Virus record (IMG/VR): IMGVR_UViG_3300032030_000077
Reading direction: 5' to 3' (one strand)
DNA length: 64,000 bases
DNA from: an uncultured virus (IMG/VR IMGVR_UViG_3300032030_000077)
Taxonomy: Duplodnaviria > Heunggongvirae > Uroviricota > Caudoviricetes
Part shown: positions 35,746 to 46,180 of the stretch, one piece after another
Numbering within the stretch: position 1 is the stretch's first letter
Layout of the letters: each line of letters begins with the position of its first letter
Notes under the pieces: model-generated
Seen by the model: the letters and a program-made list of their open reading frames with translations, nothing else
Told to the model about the DNA's origin: nothing
Databases searched by the model: none
Position numbers and translations under genes: made by a program

Positions 35746-36180
35746 TTAGACCATATATGTGACAGAGCCAAGTAGAAATGCTTTAGGATCTGTATGCCAT
35801 CCATATGCGCCATCTACTATAGGCTTAATCTGAACACTTCCACTGCTAGTTATAATACATAAAGCCGTATACACATAATTGGCAGTTAGATCAGAGGAAG
35901 AACTTGCCATATACACTATTAATCCAGTTTTCCAAGCTTTAGGCAAATCTTTAGCGTCCAAAACTACAGCCCCAGAACCTTCTGATCGGCATATGGAACC
36001 AGATAAAATATTTACATTATACTGCTGGTTAAAAGAAAGCGTCCTGACATTTCCGAATCTTTCTATGGTTATTCCCCTATACTCTTCGGTGCCATCGTGT
36101 TTAAACGCATAATCCGATTCCTTAGTGATTGGCATTATCAACCCACCAATAACCTCTGTTCCTTTCATTATTGCTGACAT
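35746..36180 (-). CDS. Tail fibre-tip-like protein
   Basis: R.GNV.TL...I.SSG.V.I...GSVTY pattern. Confidence 0.55.
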   Translation of the reverse strand: MSAIMKGTEVIGGLIMPITKESDYAFKHDGTEEYRGITIERFGNVRTLSFNQQYNVNILSGSICRSEGSGAVVLDAKDLPKAWKTGLIVYMASSSSDLTANYVYTALCIITSSGSVQIKPIVDGAYGWHTDPKAFLLGSVTYMV

Positions 36181-36193
36181 AATTGTTTCTCCT

Positions 36194-36739
36194 TTATGAC
36201 TTACAATAGATTAAGGTGACGCCAATTTGGATAGTTTCGCCTGTCGCAATCACTCCCCCATTTGCTTTTTGAACAAATCCAGTGATTCTTGACGCACTTC
36301 TTATTCTTGCTTGTATAGTATACCCGACCGAATTTGATGCTATGTCGAGTCCTATCAGTTTATAGCCTGTCATGGGATATTCTTGCTCTACGTCTATATA
36401 GACAAGCCCTGTCCCTATTAAGGTGAAATATTGGTCGTAAACAATTTTGATATAATCACCCTCATAAGGATTATCGGGTTCATCGGTTGTATGAATCACA
36501 CCTTTTTTAGCATCAGTACTTAAAGCATCCATCTGTGCTTTGGTCATTTCTCTAACGATGTTTACCTTGGTTTTATGATTGGTAGAATCATCTTCGGAGT
36601 AGACCCCAACAAACTGTAATGCTGATTCCTGTGGTAGAGCTGTGCCGCTGTCATTTTGAATTGTGTGACCGCCACTTCCACCACTACCGCCTTGACCAAA
36701 AATCATACTACCATTTTCTACTCTTACTACATTTTTCAT
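36194..36739 (-). CDS. Tail fibre-like protein
   Basis: GGHTIQN.SGT.L.Q...LQF module shared with 36750-37850. Confidence 0.6.
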   Translation of the reverse strand: MKNVVRVENGSMIFGQGGSGGSGGHTIQNDSGTALPQESALQFVGVYSEDDSTNHKTKVNIVREMTKAQMDALSTDAKKGVIHTTDEPDNPYEGDYIKIVYDQYFTLIGTGLVYIDVEQEYPMTGYKLIGLDIASNSVGYTIQARIRSASRITGFVQKANGGVIATGETIQIGVTLIYCKS

Positions 36740-36749
36740 GTGCTACTCC

Positions 36750-37850
36750 TTATACTTCTAATGGATAAAACTCTGCGTAAGTTGTTCCCGAAGATGAACG
36801 AACATTTATACGCATACCTTTTTTCACAAATACCGCCGAAGGTATACCTCCTATTGTTGCTCCTGTAATAAAGGATATTGCATTTGTAGCACTACTGACT
36901 CTTCCCGTTATAGAACCACCACTTGCACAAGAAACGGAAAAATAACCATCACACGGACAAACATAAGGGTTAGATTCTGTGTAACTTGCAATGCTTATGT
37001 ATGGCTGTAAATTGTTCACCGTAAGTGCATCCTCAACACTCGTTTCACCATCAGAGAGCATACACTTACTTGCAGAAGTTGATACGTTTGCTACAAGTGC
37101 TGACATATCAACATTTACAGAGGATTTGAGGCCGTAGACAGCAACAGGAATGATTCTACCATTTGTAATGGTTTGAGCAGCACTTGATGATGTAGCGGAG
37201 TATGCATCTTCTACAATAAGAGAAGTATCAGAATCATGCTTAATCCATCTTCTTGCAACGCCGAAGGCAGAACCACCAGTATGGGAACCATTTAGATAAG
37301 TACCCTGTGATTTTGCAAGTATTGCAGTGGCTTGTGTGTCGGTAACTGTATTTGAAAAATTAGCAAGAATAAGCAAAAAATCATAATCATCGTTTGGTAA
37401 AGTAATACTCTGTGCCGCAAAAGTTGCTGACGGATCTGGATTAGTCCACAACGTCTTTATGAGTTCTACAGGAATAGAACCACTTACGGAAGGAACATTG
37501 ACAATATCAAGTTTCTTTCCTGTCGAATAAGCTGTACGCTGTGCTTCTGTCATAGCGTTCCATGTAGACCAATCGACTTCTTCGGCTAAATCAGACACCT
37601 TTGTAACACCATTTGTAGCGTCATCGGTTGCTTTCAGCATCCCACCAAATTGGAGTTTTGGTTCTTGTGCGAGATCAGTACCCGAAGCATTCTGAATAAT
37701 ATGACCGCCAGAACCAGTATTCGATCCAGTTCTCTGCTGTCCGCTAGCATCATGAAAAGTCTTACCCTGGGCGACGTCTTCTGCTGTAGCAGTATCAGAA
37801 GTAAGGTCAACTAATGTCTGATCGCCATAAACGACTTTATTTATAGCCAT
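36750..37850 (-). CDS. Tail fibre protein
   Basis: MAINKVV..QTL.DLT.DT N-terminus shared with 37882-38472; LWTNP.P...FAAQ and PCDGY modules. Confidence 0.65.
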   Translation of the reverse strand: MAINKVVYGDQTLVDLTSDTATAEDVAQGKTFHDASGQQRTGSNTGSGGHIIQNASGTDLAQEPKLQFGGMLKATDDATNGVTKVSDLAEEVDWSTWNAMTEAQRTAYSTGKKLDIVNVPSVSGSIPVELIKTLWTNPDPSATFAAQSITLPNDDYDFLLILANFSNTVTDTQATAILAKSQGTYLNGSHTGGSAFGVARRWIKHDSDTSLIVEDAYSATSSSAAQTITNGRIIPVAVYGLKSSVNVDMSALVANVSTSASKCMLSDGETSVEDALTVNNLQPYISIASYTESNPYVCPCDGYFSVSCASGGSITGRVSSATNAISFITGATIGGIPSAVFVKKGMRINVRSSSGTTYAEFYPLEV

Positions 37851-37881
37851 ATCTTCTCCCTTCCTATCTTAGAAATATCAA

Positions 37882-38472
37882 TTAAGGAGTCGGAGCAACA
37901 GTTCCTATAGTAGCAGTGTTTCCTCCAGCAGCATTAGGAGTTTCAACATATGCAATTGCAGCAATGTCTACTTCTGCCAAATAATCATATCCTGCATCAG
38001 GAAGAATCGTCTGAGCTGTGGTATAAGGAGTTGCTGACTTAGTCTGAGCAGTTACACCCTCGCCGGTATAAGTACCTAATACACCAAGGATCTGTACACC
38101 GTCCTTAATATTTCCAGCAATAATTTTTGACTGCTCAGTAGCATCGATCTGAACAGTTCCAGATCCATCATGATAACCCTGAGGTACTGATACGACCTGA
38201 TCTTTTGTGGTAATATCAGCATCCATAGCGCCGTTATTAGGCATTGTACCTGTCAGCTGAACTCCTCTAGCATAAGCAGTCTTTCCACTGAGTATCTCGC
38301 CGACAAGTGCTGTGGCGTCAGATGTATCGCTGTCTTTAGTGCTAGTACCAGTTATGGCAGCGCCACTGGCATCATGAGCTGTTACTCCGCTCTGAAGATC
38401 AGCAGCTGTTATTGTATCTGCAGTAAGATCTATAAGTGTCTGGTTTCCAAACACAACTTTATTTATTGCCAT
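37882..38472 (-). CDS. Minor tail protein
   Basis: Start moved to MAINKVV after GGAGG; IL.GKTAY.G..TGTM.NNG, P.GYHDG.G and NIK.GV.ILGV.GT repeats. Confidence 0.7.
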   Translation of the reverse strand: MAINKVVFGNQTLIDLTADTITAADLQSGVTAHDASGAAITGTSTKDSDTSDATALVGEILSGKTAYARGVQLTGTMPNNGAMDADITTKDQVVSVPQGYHDGSGTVQIDATEQSKIIAGNIKDGVQILGVLGTYTGEGVTAQTKSATPYTTAQTILPDAGYDYLAEVDIAAIAYVETPNAAGGNTATIGTVAPTP

Positions 38473-38473
38473 G

Positions 38474-38725
38474 TCAATTTCCTCCGATAATAAATGTAAT
38501 GCCTTTAATGTTGCTAGTTTCGTAATACGGAATTTCTTCAACAATTATATTTTCGAGAACAGTCTTCTTAGCAGTTTCAAGTTCTGTCTGCTCTTTAACT
38601 TTAGGAGTTATAACTGTTTCTCCAGAATAAATAGGGAATATTCCTCCACCGCTATCGCTGACTTTCAGTTTAATAACCGGTTCGTCCACGATTTTTAGAG
38701 GAATATGAATTTCAAGAGGTAACAT
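38474..38725 (-). CDS. Small tail-associated protein
   Basis: Y.GE..ITP...Q..L.T..K...NI.V..IPY.ETSN..G.T..IG motif. Confidence 0.65.
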   Translation of the reverse strand: MLPLEIHIPLKIVDEPVIKLKVSDSGGGIFPIYSGETVITPKVKEQTELETAKKTVLENIIVEEIPYYETSNIKGITFIIGGN

Positions 38726-38726
38726 A

Positions 38727-39032
38727 TTAAATCACCCCTTCCTTAAGTATCCTTCCAATATTAATATCAGCGATTGTGGTAGCATAAGCCAAATCGTTCT
38801 GATCTCTGAACCTAACCTGAACCATGCAATTCCCGTTGTATAATTTCAGAGTTTCTTCCTGAGTCAGTACAACAGTCATTGTCTTTAATGTGTCATCTAC
38901 CATAACATCATTTATGGTCTTGGTTACTTCAACGGTAGATGTCTTGAAAGTAACCCATATTTCTGCAAGATTTTCGAGAGATAACTCGGTGTCCAACTCC
39001 AATACAAGAGTCGGAGTTGTTCCTCTATACAT
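38727..39032 (-). CDS. BppU-N-like baseplate/tail adaptor protein
   Basis: MYRGTTPT...LTQEETL...VQVR...ILKEGVI. Confidence 0.6.
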   Translation of the reverse strand: MYRGTTPTLVLELDTELSLENLAEIWVTFKTSTVEVTKTINDVMVDDTLKTMTVVLTQEETLKLYNGNCMVQVRFRDQNDLAYATTIADINIGRILKEGVI

Positions 39033-39045
39033 ACACTATCCCTCC

Positions 39046-39267
39046 TTAAATTTTTATTCCTGTGCTTTGGCAAAACTGGGCAAAACTATTGAATGCATTC
39101 TGCTGCATAGTTCCATTATTCAGCAAATACTGAACCGCTCCACGAGGGTCATTTTGAAATTGCTGAGGAATGTTAATTCGCCTCATGGCAAGATACTGAA
39201 TCGGATTCTGGCAAAAATGGCTATATTCCTGCCCCATAGAGTTCATAGGATTAATTGGATTGTTCAT
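39046..39267 (-). CDS. Q/N-rich small protein of the accessory cassette
   Basis: NP....DP...VQYLLNNG.M.Q. Confidence 0.75.
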   Translation of the reverse strand: MNNPINPMNSMGQEYSHFCQNPIQYLAMRRINIPQQFQNDPRGAVQYLLNNGTMQQNAFNSFAQFCQSTGIKI

Positions 39268-39652
39268 TATTCCTATCTCCCTTCTTATTATTGTTATAAT
39301 AATGAGGCTTGTTGTTTATAGCAGCCATCAGTTCATCAAACTTCTTATTAAGCTCTTCTTTGGTAACATATGGTGATTCCTCAGGTTCAGGCTGAATCTC
39401 TTCATACTTAAACTTCCTTAGAGGCTGTATCATTCCATTGTTATCAGTTGATTTGAGATAAAAGATCTGATTCTCTGAATCCATAAGCTGAACTATGGAG
39501 TTCATTCCACCAATAGGATAGGAATTGGCTCCAGCTTCACCCTGAACAAATACTCGGTTGTCATTGAAAATCCTATTCTGGATTGGAGTCTGAACCGGAT
39601 TATTCTGAGGGTAAAAGTTTGGCTGAAATTGATTGTAGTTCTGACACACCAT
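39251..39652 (-). CDS. Q/N-rich protein of the accessory cassette
   Basis: VQGEAGA.SYP...LMDSE...FYLKS.D..G...YVTKEE. Confidence 0.8.
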   Translation of the reverse strand: MVCQNYNQFQPNFYPQNNPVQTPIQNRIFNDNRVFVQGEAGANSYPIGGMNSIVQLMDSENQIFYLKSTDNNGMIQPLRKFKYEEIQPEPEESPYVTKEELNKKFDELMAAINNKPHYYNNNKKGDRNNEQSN

Positions 39653-40033
39653 TTATGTCTCCTTTCTCCAATAATAAATGGGCACTTCATCTCCGCTATC
39701 CCAAGTGTCATAGTAGTTGCCATCTATAACAGAAACTGCATGAGTACCTGTGGCTAGCAGAAATGTTCCTTTTGGATAGTCTTTGCAGAAATCTTTAATT
39801 GTGTAGCAATCTGGGCAAGTATTAGGTATTACATAACGGTTAAAACCTTTAGAATATAAATACCCTCCCCAAACATTGTTCGAAGAGGGCATGTCTTTGA
39901 CCATATAACCTTGTAATGCAACACCTAGATAAGTTGTATCCCAATCCTGATTTGTAACTTTTGAAATTGCTCGGATTACGCAATCACCTACAGAATTACG
40001 TCTAGGGTTGGGATTGAATGAAATGTAACTCAT
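39653..40033 (-). CDS. Papain-like (Cys-His-Asp) putative peptidase of the accessory cassette
   Basis: NPNP....GDCVIRAI...GTHAV.V.DG.YYDTWDSG. Confidence 0.65.
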   Translation of the reverse strand: MSYISFNPNPRRNSVGDCVIRAISKVTNQDWDTTYLGVALQGYMVKDMPSSNNVWGGYLYSKGFNRYVIPNTCPDCYTIKDFCKDYPKGTFLLATGTHAVSVIDGNYYDTWDSGDEVPIYYWRKET

Positions 40034-41292
40034 GTATCAACTACCCATGAATAAGTAGGAACACCGTCTGTTACTGTGCATTTAAGAGTGTAGGTTCCGT
40101 CGGTCGACGGAGGAGTTACTGCAATAGCAGGAACGCCGTTTAAATATAATGCACCATTAGCACTCAATTCTAATAAGTTATGCCTATCGCTAGTGCTAGT
40201 TCCGTTGCCAATTGTAAAAGCTGTGATTTTATTCGGATCGTTTTCGTATGTTTCTCCCGTATCGTTCCATTTGGTCGGGTCCCATTCTCCAGGGCTCGTT
40301 ATAGTTTGTTTACAACTATAAATATGACTGTCATTGTCATGTTTGACTAACTGACCCCTAACGTAATATGAAGCGTTAGGATCATATTCGCTAACATCAC
40401 TTCTACTTGATCTGGAAACATTATGCTTACCAAAAGAAACTTCATAAGCATTTTCAGAATTAACTCCGTCTCCGTGAGCGAACGATGATGCACCTTTAGC
40501 CTTAGATCCTCTTCCTCCAGAATGAGAACAAGTTCCAGAAGAAATACTAGAATTTCCTTCAGCGTGAGAATATTGTCCTGTAGATTCTGATAAATATCCC
40601 TCAGCATGAGAATATGCTGCTCGTGCTTTTGTATAATAGCCTTCTGCATGAGAATCATTACCATTTGCTTCGGTATTATCACCTTCAGCGTGCGAGTTTT
40701 CTCCGCTTGCTTGTGTCGCGCGTCCCTCAATATGAGAACCCGCAGAATATGAGGGTACACTTGTGCTGTTAAACGATTCACTGCCGTAAGTTGATTGAGA
40801 ATATTCTCTTTTATCTCTTTTTCCTGGTTTTAATAGAATTTCACTAAAAACGTTATCTATTAAATCCCAATAATCTGGATCAAATTCAACGGGACCATGA
40901 TCAGAGTCATACCATACTTCAGTATTGCACTTATATGCGTTACCATTATAGTAACAATACTCACCGACGACATACAAATATCCACTTACATATTCGTCTG
41001 GGTATTCTGGATCTGGAGGGTCTATATGATCTTTGTAATTTTCTGGCATGAGAAACAAAGGTGTAGAGCCTCCTCCGCCAGAAGAATTAATCCATTTAGA
41101 CCTTGAAGAGTCATACGACAATATCTGACCATTCGACGGAGAAGATATTGCGACGTCATTCAATCCGGCAAGAGTACTAGATCCGCCTCCACCACCAGAG
41201 TTGTTTATAGCCTCAATTATTCCTTGAAGTTTAGTTAGCATAGCCTGACCAGTGGAGTCAAGCATCATAGGACTATCTGGTAAGGTACTCAT
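40030..41292 (-). CDS. Adhesin-like tail fibre: YadA-head-like SHAEG repeats flanked by CBM5/12-like modules
   Basis: About 6 tandem 14-aa S-H-A-E-G repeats; Y..G..V.Y....Y.C......WDP..W modules. Confidence 0.75.
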   Translation of the reverse strand: MSTLPDSPMMLDSTGQAMLTKLQGIIEAINNSGGGGGSSTLAGLNDVAISSPSNGQILSYDSSRSKWINSSGGGGSTPLFLMPENYKDHIDPPDPEYPDEYVSGYLYVVGEYCYYNGNAYKCNTEVWYDSDHGPVEFDPDYWDLIDNVFSEILLKPGKRDKREYSQSTYGSESFNSTSVPSYSAGSHIEGRATQASGENSHAEGDNTEANGNDSHAEGYYTKARAAYSHAEGYLSESTGQYSHAEGNSSISSGTCSHSGGRGSKAKGASSFAHGDGVNSENAYEVSFGKHNVSRSSRSDVSEYDPNASYYVRGQLVKHDNDSHIYSCKQTITSPGEWDPTKWNDTGETYENDPNKITAFTIGNGTSTSDRHNLLELSANGALYLNGVPAIAVTPPSTDGTYTLKCTVTDGVPTYSWVVDT

Positions 41293-41453
41293 GTCTCATC
41301 CTCCAAAACCTGGTATAACGCATTAACAGTATTCCCATTGACGTCCGTATAGGAATGAACTTCAAATCTCGAATCTTCTGATGGCGTCGGAGCATAATTA
41401 TTAATCCAATTTACAATATCCTGAATAACTTTAAAGTGACCAGTATATTCAAT
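41289..41453 (-). CDS. Small hypothetical protein
   Basis: GAGGAGG RBS before MIEYTG; coupled to its neighbours. Confidence 0.6.
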   Translation of the reverse strand: MEYTGHFKVIQDIVNWINNYAPTPSEDSRFEVHSYTDVNGNTVNALYQVLEDET

Positions 41454-41808
41454 CATCAGGTACCTCCTCAAATCCAGGATCTACCATGACATTAATACGC
41501 CATTCAAGCTCTGCTATCTGCTGCTCGTGAGCAGAATTCATTGAACCTGAAGTGGGTGTATCAAATATCATTCTAACTTTTAGGTACATATAGGTCTTAA
41601 CCATCTCCAAGAGTTTATTGTCCTGGAGATAGTCAGACCATTTAGCTGAATTGTCAGAGATAGCATACCCCTCTTTGGGGCCGACACCCAGCTGTGTCAG
41701 TATGCCGAATACAGTATTGATCGACATAATTATATCGAGGTCAAAACCATTGTCTTCATCGGCTATACCGAGGTATTTCTTTACAGAGAAAAGTATACTA
41801 TCTTCCAT
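41449..41808 (-). CDS. Head-tail adaptor (connector) protein
   Basis: SIL.SVKK.LG...FD.DI...IN...L.QLGVG...Y.YLKVR..FD.P...E.EWR. Confidence 0.7.
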   Translation of the reverse strand: MEDSILFSVKKYLGIADEDNGFDLDIIMSINTVFGILTQLGVGPKEGYAISDNSAKWSDYLQDNKLLEMVKTYMYLKVRMIFDTPTSGSMNSAHEQQIAELEWRINVMVDPGFEEVPDD

Positions 41809-41822
41809 TTTGAATTTTCTCC

Positions 41823-44720
41823 TTATCCGATTATTTGATAGTGAGTAAACATTGGATCTGGATCGTAAGTGTATCCATTATTTCTAAAATCTAATAATGA
41901 TTCAGCGATTAAAGTCTTATACCATCCAGGTATTCTATCTCCGCCTTCTCTAAATATTACTTTTACAAGTTTATTATCAAGATCATCCTCCCAATAAACT
42001 TGATAAAGACCCTGAAATGCCCCGCTTGGAATTGGTGCATATTCCCTTACGAGTTTGTGCTTCCCATTCCAATAGTTCGTTAATTGAAAAAATTGAAAAT
42101 AGTTTGGCCATCTTGATGGATCAGTTGTCTCGTGATATCTAAGCTTCTTAAGCATTGATACATCGGTCATGACTGGAGGATTGCTAGTTCCTGTTCTTTC
42201 AAATCTATCACAATTTCTATATCCTATGAACGGTGGATAATTATCGTGTACCGTTTGAGTTCCGCTCCCCTGTGGATCATAATCGAAATAATCAGATGGA
42301 TCATATTCACCATAATAAGATTTTGTTATATCTATATCTGATAAAGTATTTAAAGAACCAACTCCACTACTAATCGATGTGTTGCAAAACATTCCTTTAC
42401 CCTTGATTCTAATTCCGCTGCAATTAGAAATTGAACTGATATCGGATAAACTAACGCAATTAATAAACATCTTTGTACAGTCATAAATATGAGATGATTC
42501 TCCAAGGAATACTCTTGACGGAAAACTAGTTAAGTTATCGCATTCAGCAAACATACATTGTGCATTAACATTTTTGGTTTGTCCTCCATATTCCCAATTA
42601 GTAGAATCAGAACCTATATACAATTGAGTAAATGGCGAATATCGTATTCCACTACGTGCAAACATGCCTTGAGCATTGACAACTTTAGGCATGTACCACT
42701 TTTTTATAGATCCGAAATCGCTGACCTTATCTAATTCGTAAAACATAAAATCAGTATAAATTGCGTATCGAATTATCTCTAATGGCCATTCGTTAAGAAA
42801 AGAAATACTAACTAGACTTTTGCATTTTGCAAACATGTGAGAATAATCAGCACCTATCTCATATTCATCTTCAGCTATCTGATGCCTGTACGGATTTATA
42901 ATTGTTGGAATATCAGATATTTTTGAGAAATTTAGTCCACTATACAGAAATGATAGGTCTTCGTTCGTAAGATATTCTTGACCGCAAAAACCTAACGCAA
43001 TTCTATTATACATTAAATCGCTTCTTTGTTTTAATCCAGAATATTTAGCTCGTATTTTTAACTTTTTAAAATCTATTAGTCTTTTACATAAAAAACCACT
43101 TAAGCGCTTTAAAGAAGTTAATTCTTCTGGCTCGTATGTATGCTTTGGCTGTGAGAACCGTAGCAATTGATTACCGGATATTGCTATGCCATATGTTGAT
43201 AAATAAATTCCACTTACTGGGCCTTTTGCAGCCCATTTAAGAACATACGTCATTTCTTTGCCGTCATGATTCTGTTCACCACCATGTAAATCGCGTATAT
43301 AATTTAATATTCCTGATGGAATGGCTATAGAATCATAGGCTTCAGACCAATAATCATAATCGTCGCCGTCATCCGAGGCATTCGTTGATCTATGGGCGTC
43401 TCCTGTTATTTCTATTAACCCGTCAGTGGATTCATGATCATATAAAGTATAAATTAATCCTCCAGACCTTGCAGAGATTCTGGCAGTAGAATTAATTTTT
43501 ACAATATTCAAACTGTCAGTAAATGTTTGCTGCATATATCCAACATACAATTCGGCAGTAAGAGTAGTATCTTCGGTTATCAAAGTTCCTTCAGCTATGT
43601 TATATGTGCAATTATACGTAACATCTATTTCATCACCATTTTCAAACAAAGCCATTACAGTATAGTTATCCAAATCGAAATAATATTCGCTATAAAACTG
43701 AGTTATTCCGCTCAATTCTATAGCTACGATAGGACTTATCTCTATCTGTAAACTAGCTGACAGTCTTGTATACATTGCGATTAACTCTACTGGTGCGGTT
43801 ATAGCTTCTCCGGGAGCAGGAACGTAATCGCACATTTTCGTAACGTCATACACATCTCCATTAGAATACTCGCAAAGAACCTCATAATCATTTGGATCAA
43901 ACAAATATCCATAAGGAACTAATGTTTTACCAGTAATACTTAAAGAAACCGGAACATCGTCAAAAATATTATCTCCAGTCATACCAGCTGACGATACAGT
44001 TATGATCGCATCGCCATATTCCGGGTTATCGGAAATACCTATCTCAACAGTTCCTCCAGTAACAATAAGCTTAACACCAATATAATTAGAAACTTCATGC
44101 TTAAGTGCTGGATTCCAGTAAAGAAGTCTTAAAATATTGTATTCATCATCTCTTGTTACGGTATAATGATTAACCGGGTGTGGTCTCATTGTTCTGTCTG
44201 ATTCATCGTTTAAAATATAAAATGCTTCAACCCTAATATTACCAGTTATATTATTAGGGCTAAGATTCATTTTCATCTGAACTTCAACTTCAGCATGAAT
44301 ATACGAGTCTTTAACCAACGGTATTGCGGTAAAGAGAATAGTTGTGGCTTTAGCTTCTCTTTCATCTTCTGTCATACCGGTAACGTCTATGTCATTAATG
44401 ACAATTGGAACGTTACTAACATTTGTATTAAACGACGTTATTCTTCCCTGCTCAAAGTCCGAGCTTTCCTGTCTTGCCTGAGCATTACTAAGGTCAACCA
44501 CTACCTCATCATCCCAACAATAATCTGGATATGACGGATTCCTGTAACCAAATGTTCTGGCTGTCTCTGAATAATTTATTCTGTCAGGGTCCCAAATCCA
44601 CCCATCATAAGTATTTCCAGCCCCAGAAGAATACAAGGTTAGATAAGTAACCCCATACTCCCCTTGAGCTGGTAAAACACCATCATCATGGTAAGCGTAC
44701 TTCCTATCTATGTTACTCAT
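41823..44720 (-). CDS. Large tail/receptor-binding protein with Ig-like and BspA/DUF285-like repeats
   Basis: Follows Tal; two Y.V...Y/F.NG...DVT Ig-like units; repeated MF..C..L units. Confidence 0.7.
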   Translation of the reverse strand: MSNIDRKYAYHDDGVLPAQGEYGVTYLTLYSSGAGNTYDGWIWDPDRINYSETARTFGYRNPSYPDYCWDDEVVVDLSNAQARQESSDFEQGRITSFNTNVSNVPIVINDIDVTGMTEDEREAKATTILFTAIPLVKDSYIHAEVEVQMKMNLSPNNITGNIRVEAFYILNDESDRTMRPHPVNHYTVTRDDEYNILRLLYWNPALKHEVSNYIGVKLIVTGGTVEIGISDNPEYGDAIITVSSAGMTGDNIFDDVPVSLSITGKTLVPYGYLFDPNDYEVLCEYSNGDVYDVTKMCDYVPAPGEAITAPVELIAMYTRLSASLQIEISPIVAIELSGITQFYSEYYFDLDNYTVMALFENGDEIDVTYNCTYNIAEGTLITEDTTLTAELYVGYMQQTFTDSLNIVKINSTARISARSGGLIYTLYDHESTDGLIEITGDAHRSTNASDDGDDYDYWSEAYDSIAIPSGILNYIRDLHGGEQNHDGKEMTYVLKWAAKGPVSGIYLSTYGIAISGNQLLRFSQPKHTYEPEELTSLKRLSGFLCKRLIDFKKLKIRAKYSGLKQRSDLMYNRIALGFCGQEYLTNEDLSFLYSGLNFSKISDIPTIINPYRHQIAEDEYEIGADYSHMFAKCKSLVSISFLNEWPLEIIRYAIYTDFMFYELDKVSDFGSIKKWYMPKVVNAQGMFARSGIRYSPFTQLYIGSDSTNWEYGGQTKNVNAQCMFAECDNLTSFPSRVFLGESSHIYDCTKMFINCVSLSDISSISNCSGIRIKGKGMFCNTSISSGVGSLNTLSDIDITKSYYGEYDPSDYFDYDPQGSGTQTVHDNYPPFIGYRNCDRFERTGTSNPPVMTDVSMLKKLRYHETTDPSRWPNYFQFFQLTNYWNGKHKLVREYAPIPSGAFQGLYQVYWEDDLDNKLVKVIFREGGDRIPGWYKTLIAESLLDFRNNGYTYDPDPMFTHYQIIG

Positions 44721-44729
44721 AGTGTCTCC

Positions 44730-46178
44730 TTAAGTTGTATGACTTACCTCATAGTTAACAAGGTCTGAATAGTTCCAATCAATAGTTCTCATTCTGTTAT
44801 AAACAACAGTTGTTCCATCAATCCTGTTGTAAACAGATGTATTATCTTTAAGAATTGTAATCCGCCACTGATTTGTGCTGCTGTAATATTTGATGCTCAT
44901 TAACTGAGTTGTCATCTTAACATCTGAATGGCTCAAATAAGTTATGGAAGCATCTTCTGACGATCCATAAGGATCAGTCCACTTAACAGCAAGTCCTGCA
45001 GTAGCAAGAGTGTTGGAAGTTGTTTCAACAGTTTCAGTGATTGTAGTCTGCGTTGAACTTCCGCTAGAAGTATCGCCTTCTTCTTTAGACTTCGACTCAA
45101 GAGTAGGAATACAAGAATATCCATCAGCTTCCCAGGTCTGAACAACTTCAGTAACTCTAACCTGGTCGCTCATTCCATACTCATTTCGTATCTCACAAAT
45201 ATCTCCTATGTCAAAGTCTTCGCGATACTTAAACATTATAGTTGAATCAATCTCGCCTTCGAAAGCAGTCTCAGGAACAAGGTCAACAAGTTTCTCAACA
45301 CCCTTCTGGACAAGTACATTTGTATACTGCTGTACATCCATTACAGTGTTACTACTTGTGATAGAGCTAACATCATGACAATCGATGTAGATCTCTCTCC
45401 TTGCTAAGCCAACTTTCTCTGAAGCATGATCATCATCAAACTCCAAATAGTGAGTTATAAATGTCTGAGTTGCTCCTTCACCTTCTCCAGCGATCCTCAG
45501 CACATTCTTATAGTTCTTAATTGACTCGAGATAGTTGCTTGAAAGAAGATTGTCGTGAGACGGACTGAAAACCACATAGGAATTGGCTGTCTGGCCATAG
45601 CTTCTATCGGTTCCAGCGAATAAAGAAAACTCAAAATTTGATCCATTTTGAATTATCTTAAACCCAAGATGAAATGCCTGACACACCTTCTTAACAATGT
45701 CCAGAATTGTGTCACCCATATACTGAGCGACCTGACTGTAATTGACAGTTGTTACCCTAAGATCTTCACTTGGAACAAATACAAAATTATTTATTCGTCT
45801 TCTTGTGTCGACGGGACTGATTATTGCTTCATTTATTATGGAATGAAGTGCATTCTGTACAGATCCGTTAACCTGGGTCTGTTTCCAGACTATTCTTCTA
45901 TCGAGAATTGACTCAAGAGAACGCCCAGTTATGTTATAAGTGTTTCCTTCTTCGCTGTCGGTTTCGATTTTTATAGATTCAACTATCATCAACCGATCAG
46001 AAGTTGGAATTGACAAGAAGTAATCTTTCTTTATGCTCTGGGCATACTTGGAAGTAACTGGTAAACAAAGTTCGAACTCTCCGGTGTCGTTGTATCGGTC
46101 AGTCCAAATGAAAGAACTGTATTTCTCAATTACTCCAATACGCTCCAATTCGGAGTTCAGAACATAAATTTCTATCAT
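44730..46178 (-). CDS. Baseplate hub/Tal (ReqiPepy6 Gp37-like)
   Basis: Y.SFIW..RY...GEFEL; GRSLE.IL.RR; G..RRE.YID; D(F).IGDI; follows Dit. Confidence 0.8.
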   Translation of the reverse strand: MIEIYVLNSELERIGVIEKYSSFIWTDRYNDTGEFELCLPVTSKYAQSIKKDYFLSIPTSDRLMIVESIKIETDSEEGNTYNITGRSLESILDRRIVWKQTQVNGSVQNALHSIINEAIISPVDTRRRINNFVFVPSEDLRVTTVNYSQVAQYMGDTILDIVKKVCQAFHLGFKIIQNGSNFEFSLFAGTDRSYGQTANSYVVFSPSHDNLLSSNYLESIKNYKNVLRIAGEGEGATQTFITHYLEFDDDHASEKVGLARREIYIDCHDVSSITSSNTVMDVQQYTNVLVQKGVEKLVDLVPETAFEGEIDSTIMFKYREDFDIGDICEIRNEYGMSDQVRVTEVVQTWEADGYSCIPTLESKSKEEGDTSSGSSTQTTITETVETTSNTLATAGLAVKWTDPYGSSEDASITYLSHSDVKMTTQLMSIKYYSSTNQWRITILKDNTSVYNRIDGTTVVYNRMRTIDWNYSDLVNYEVSHTT

Positions 46179-46180
46179 GA

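Noticed and set aside
35219..44720. Possible diversity-generating retroelement or invertible fibre locus
   Set aside because: No reverse transcriptase, invertase, adenine-variant template/variable repeat pair or inverted cassette was seen.
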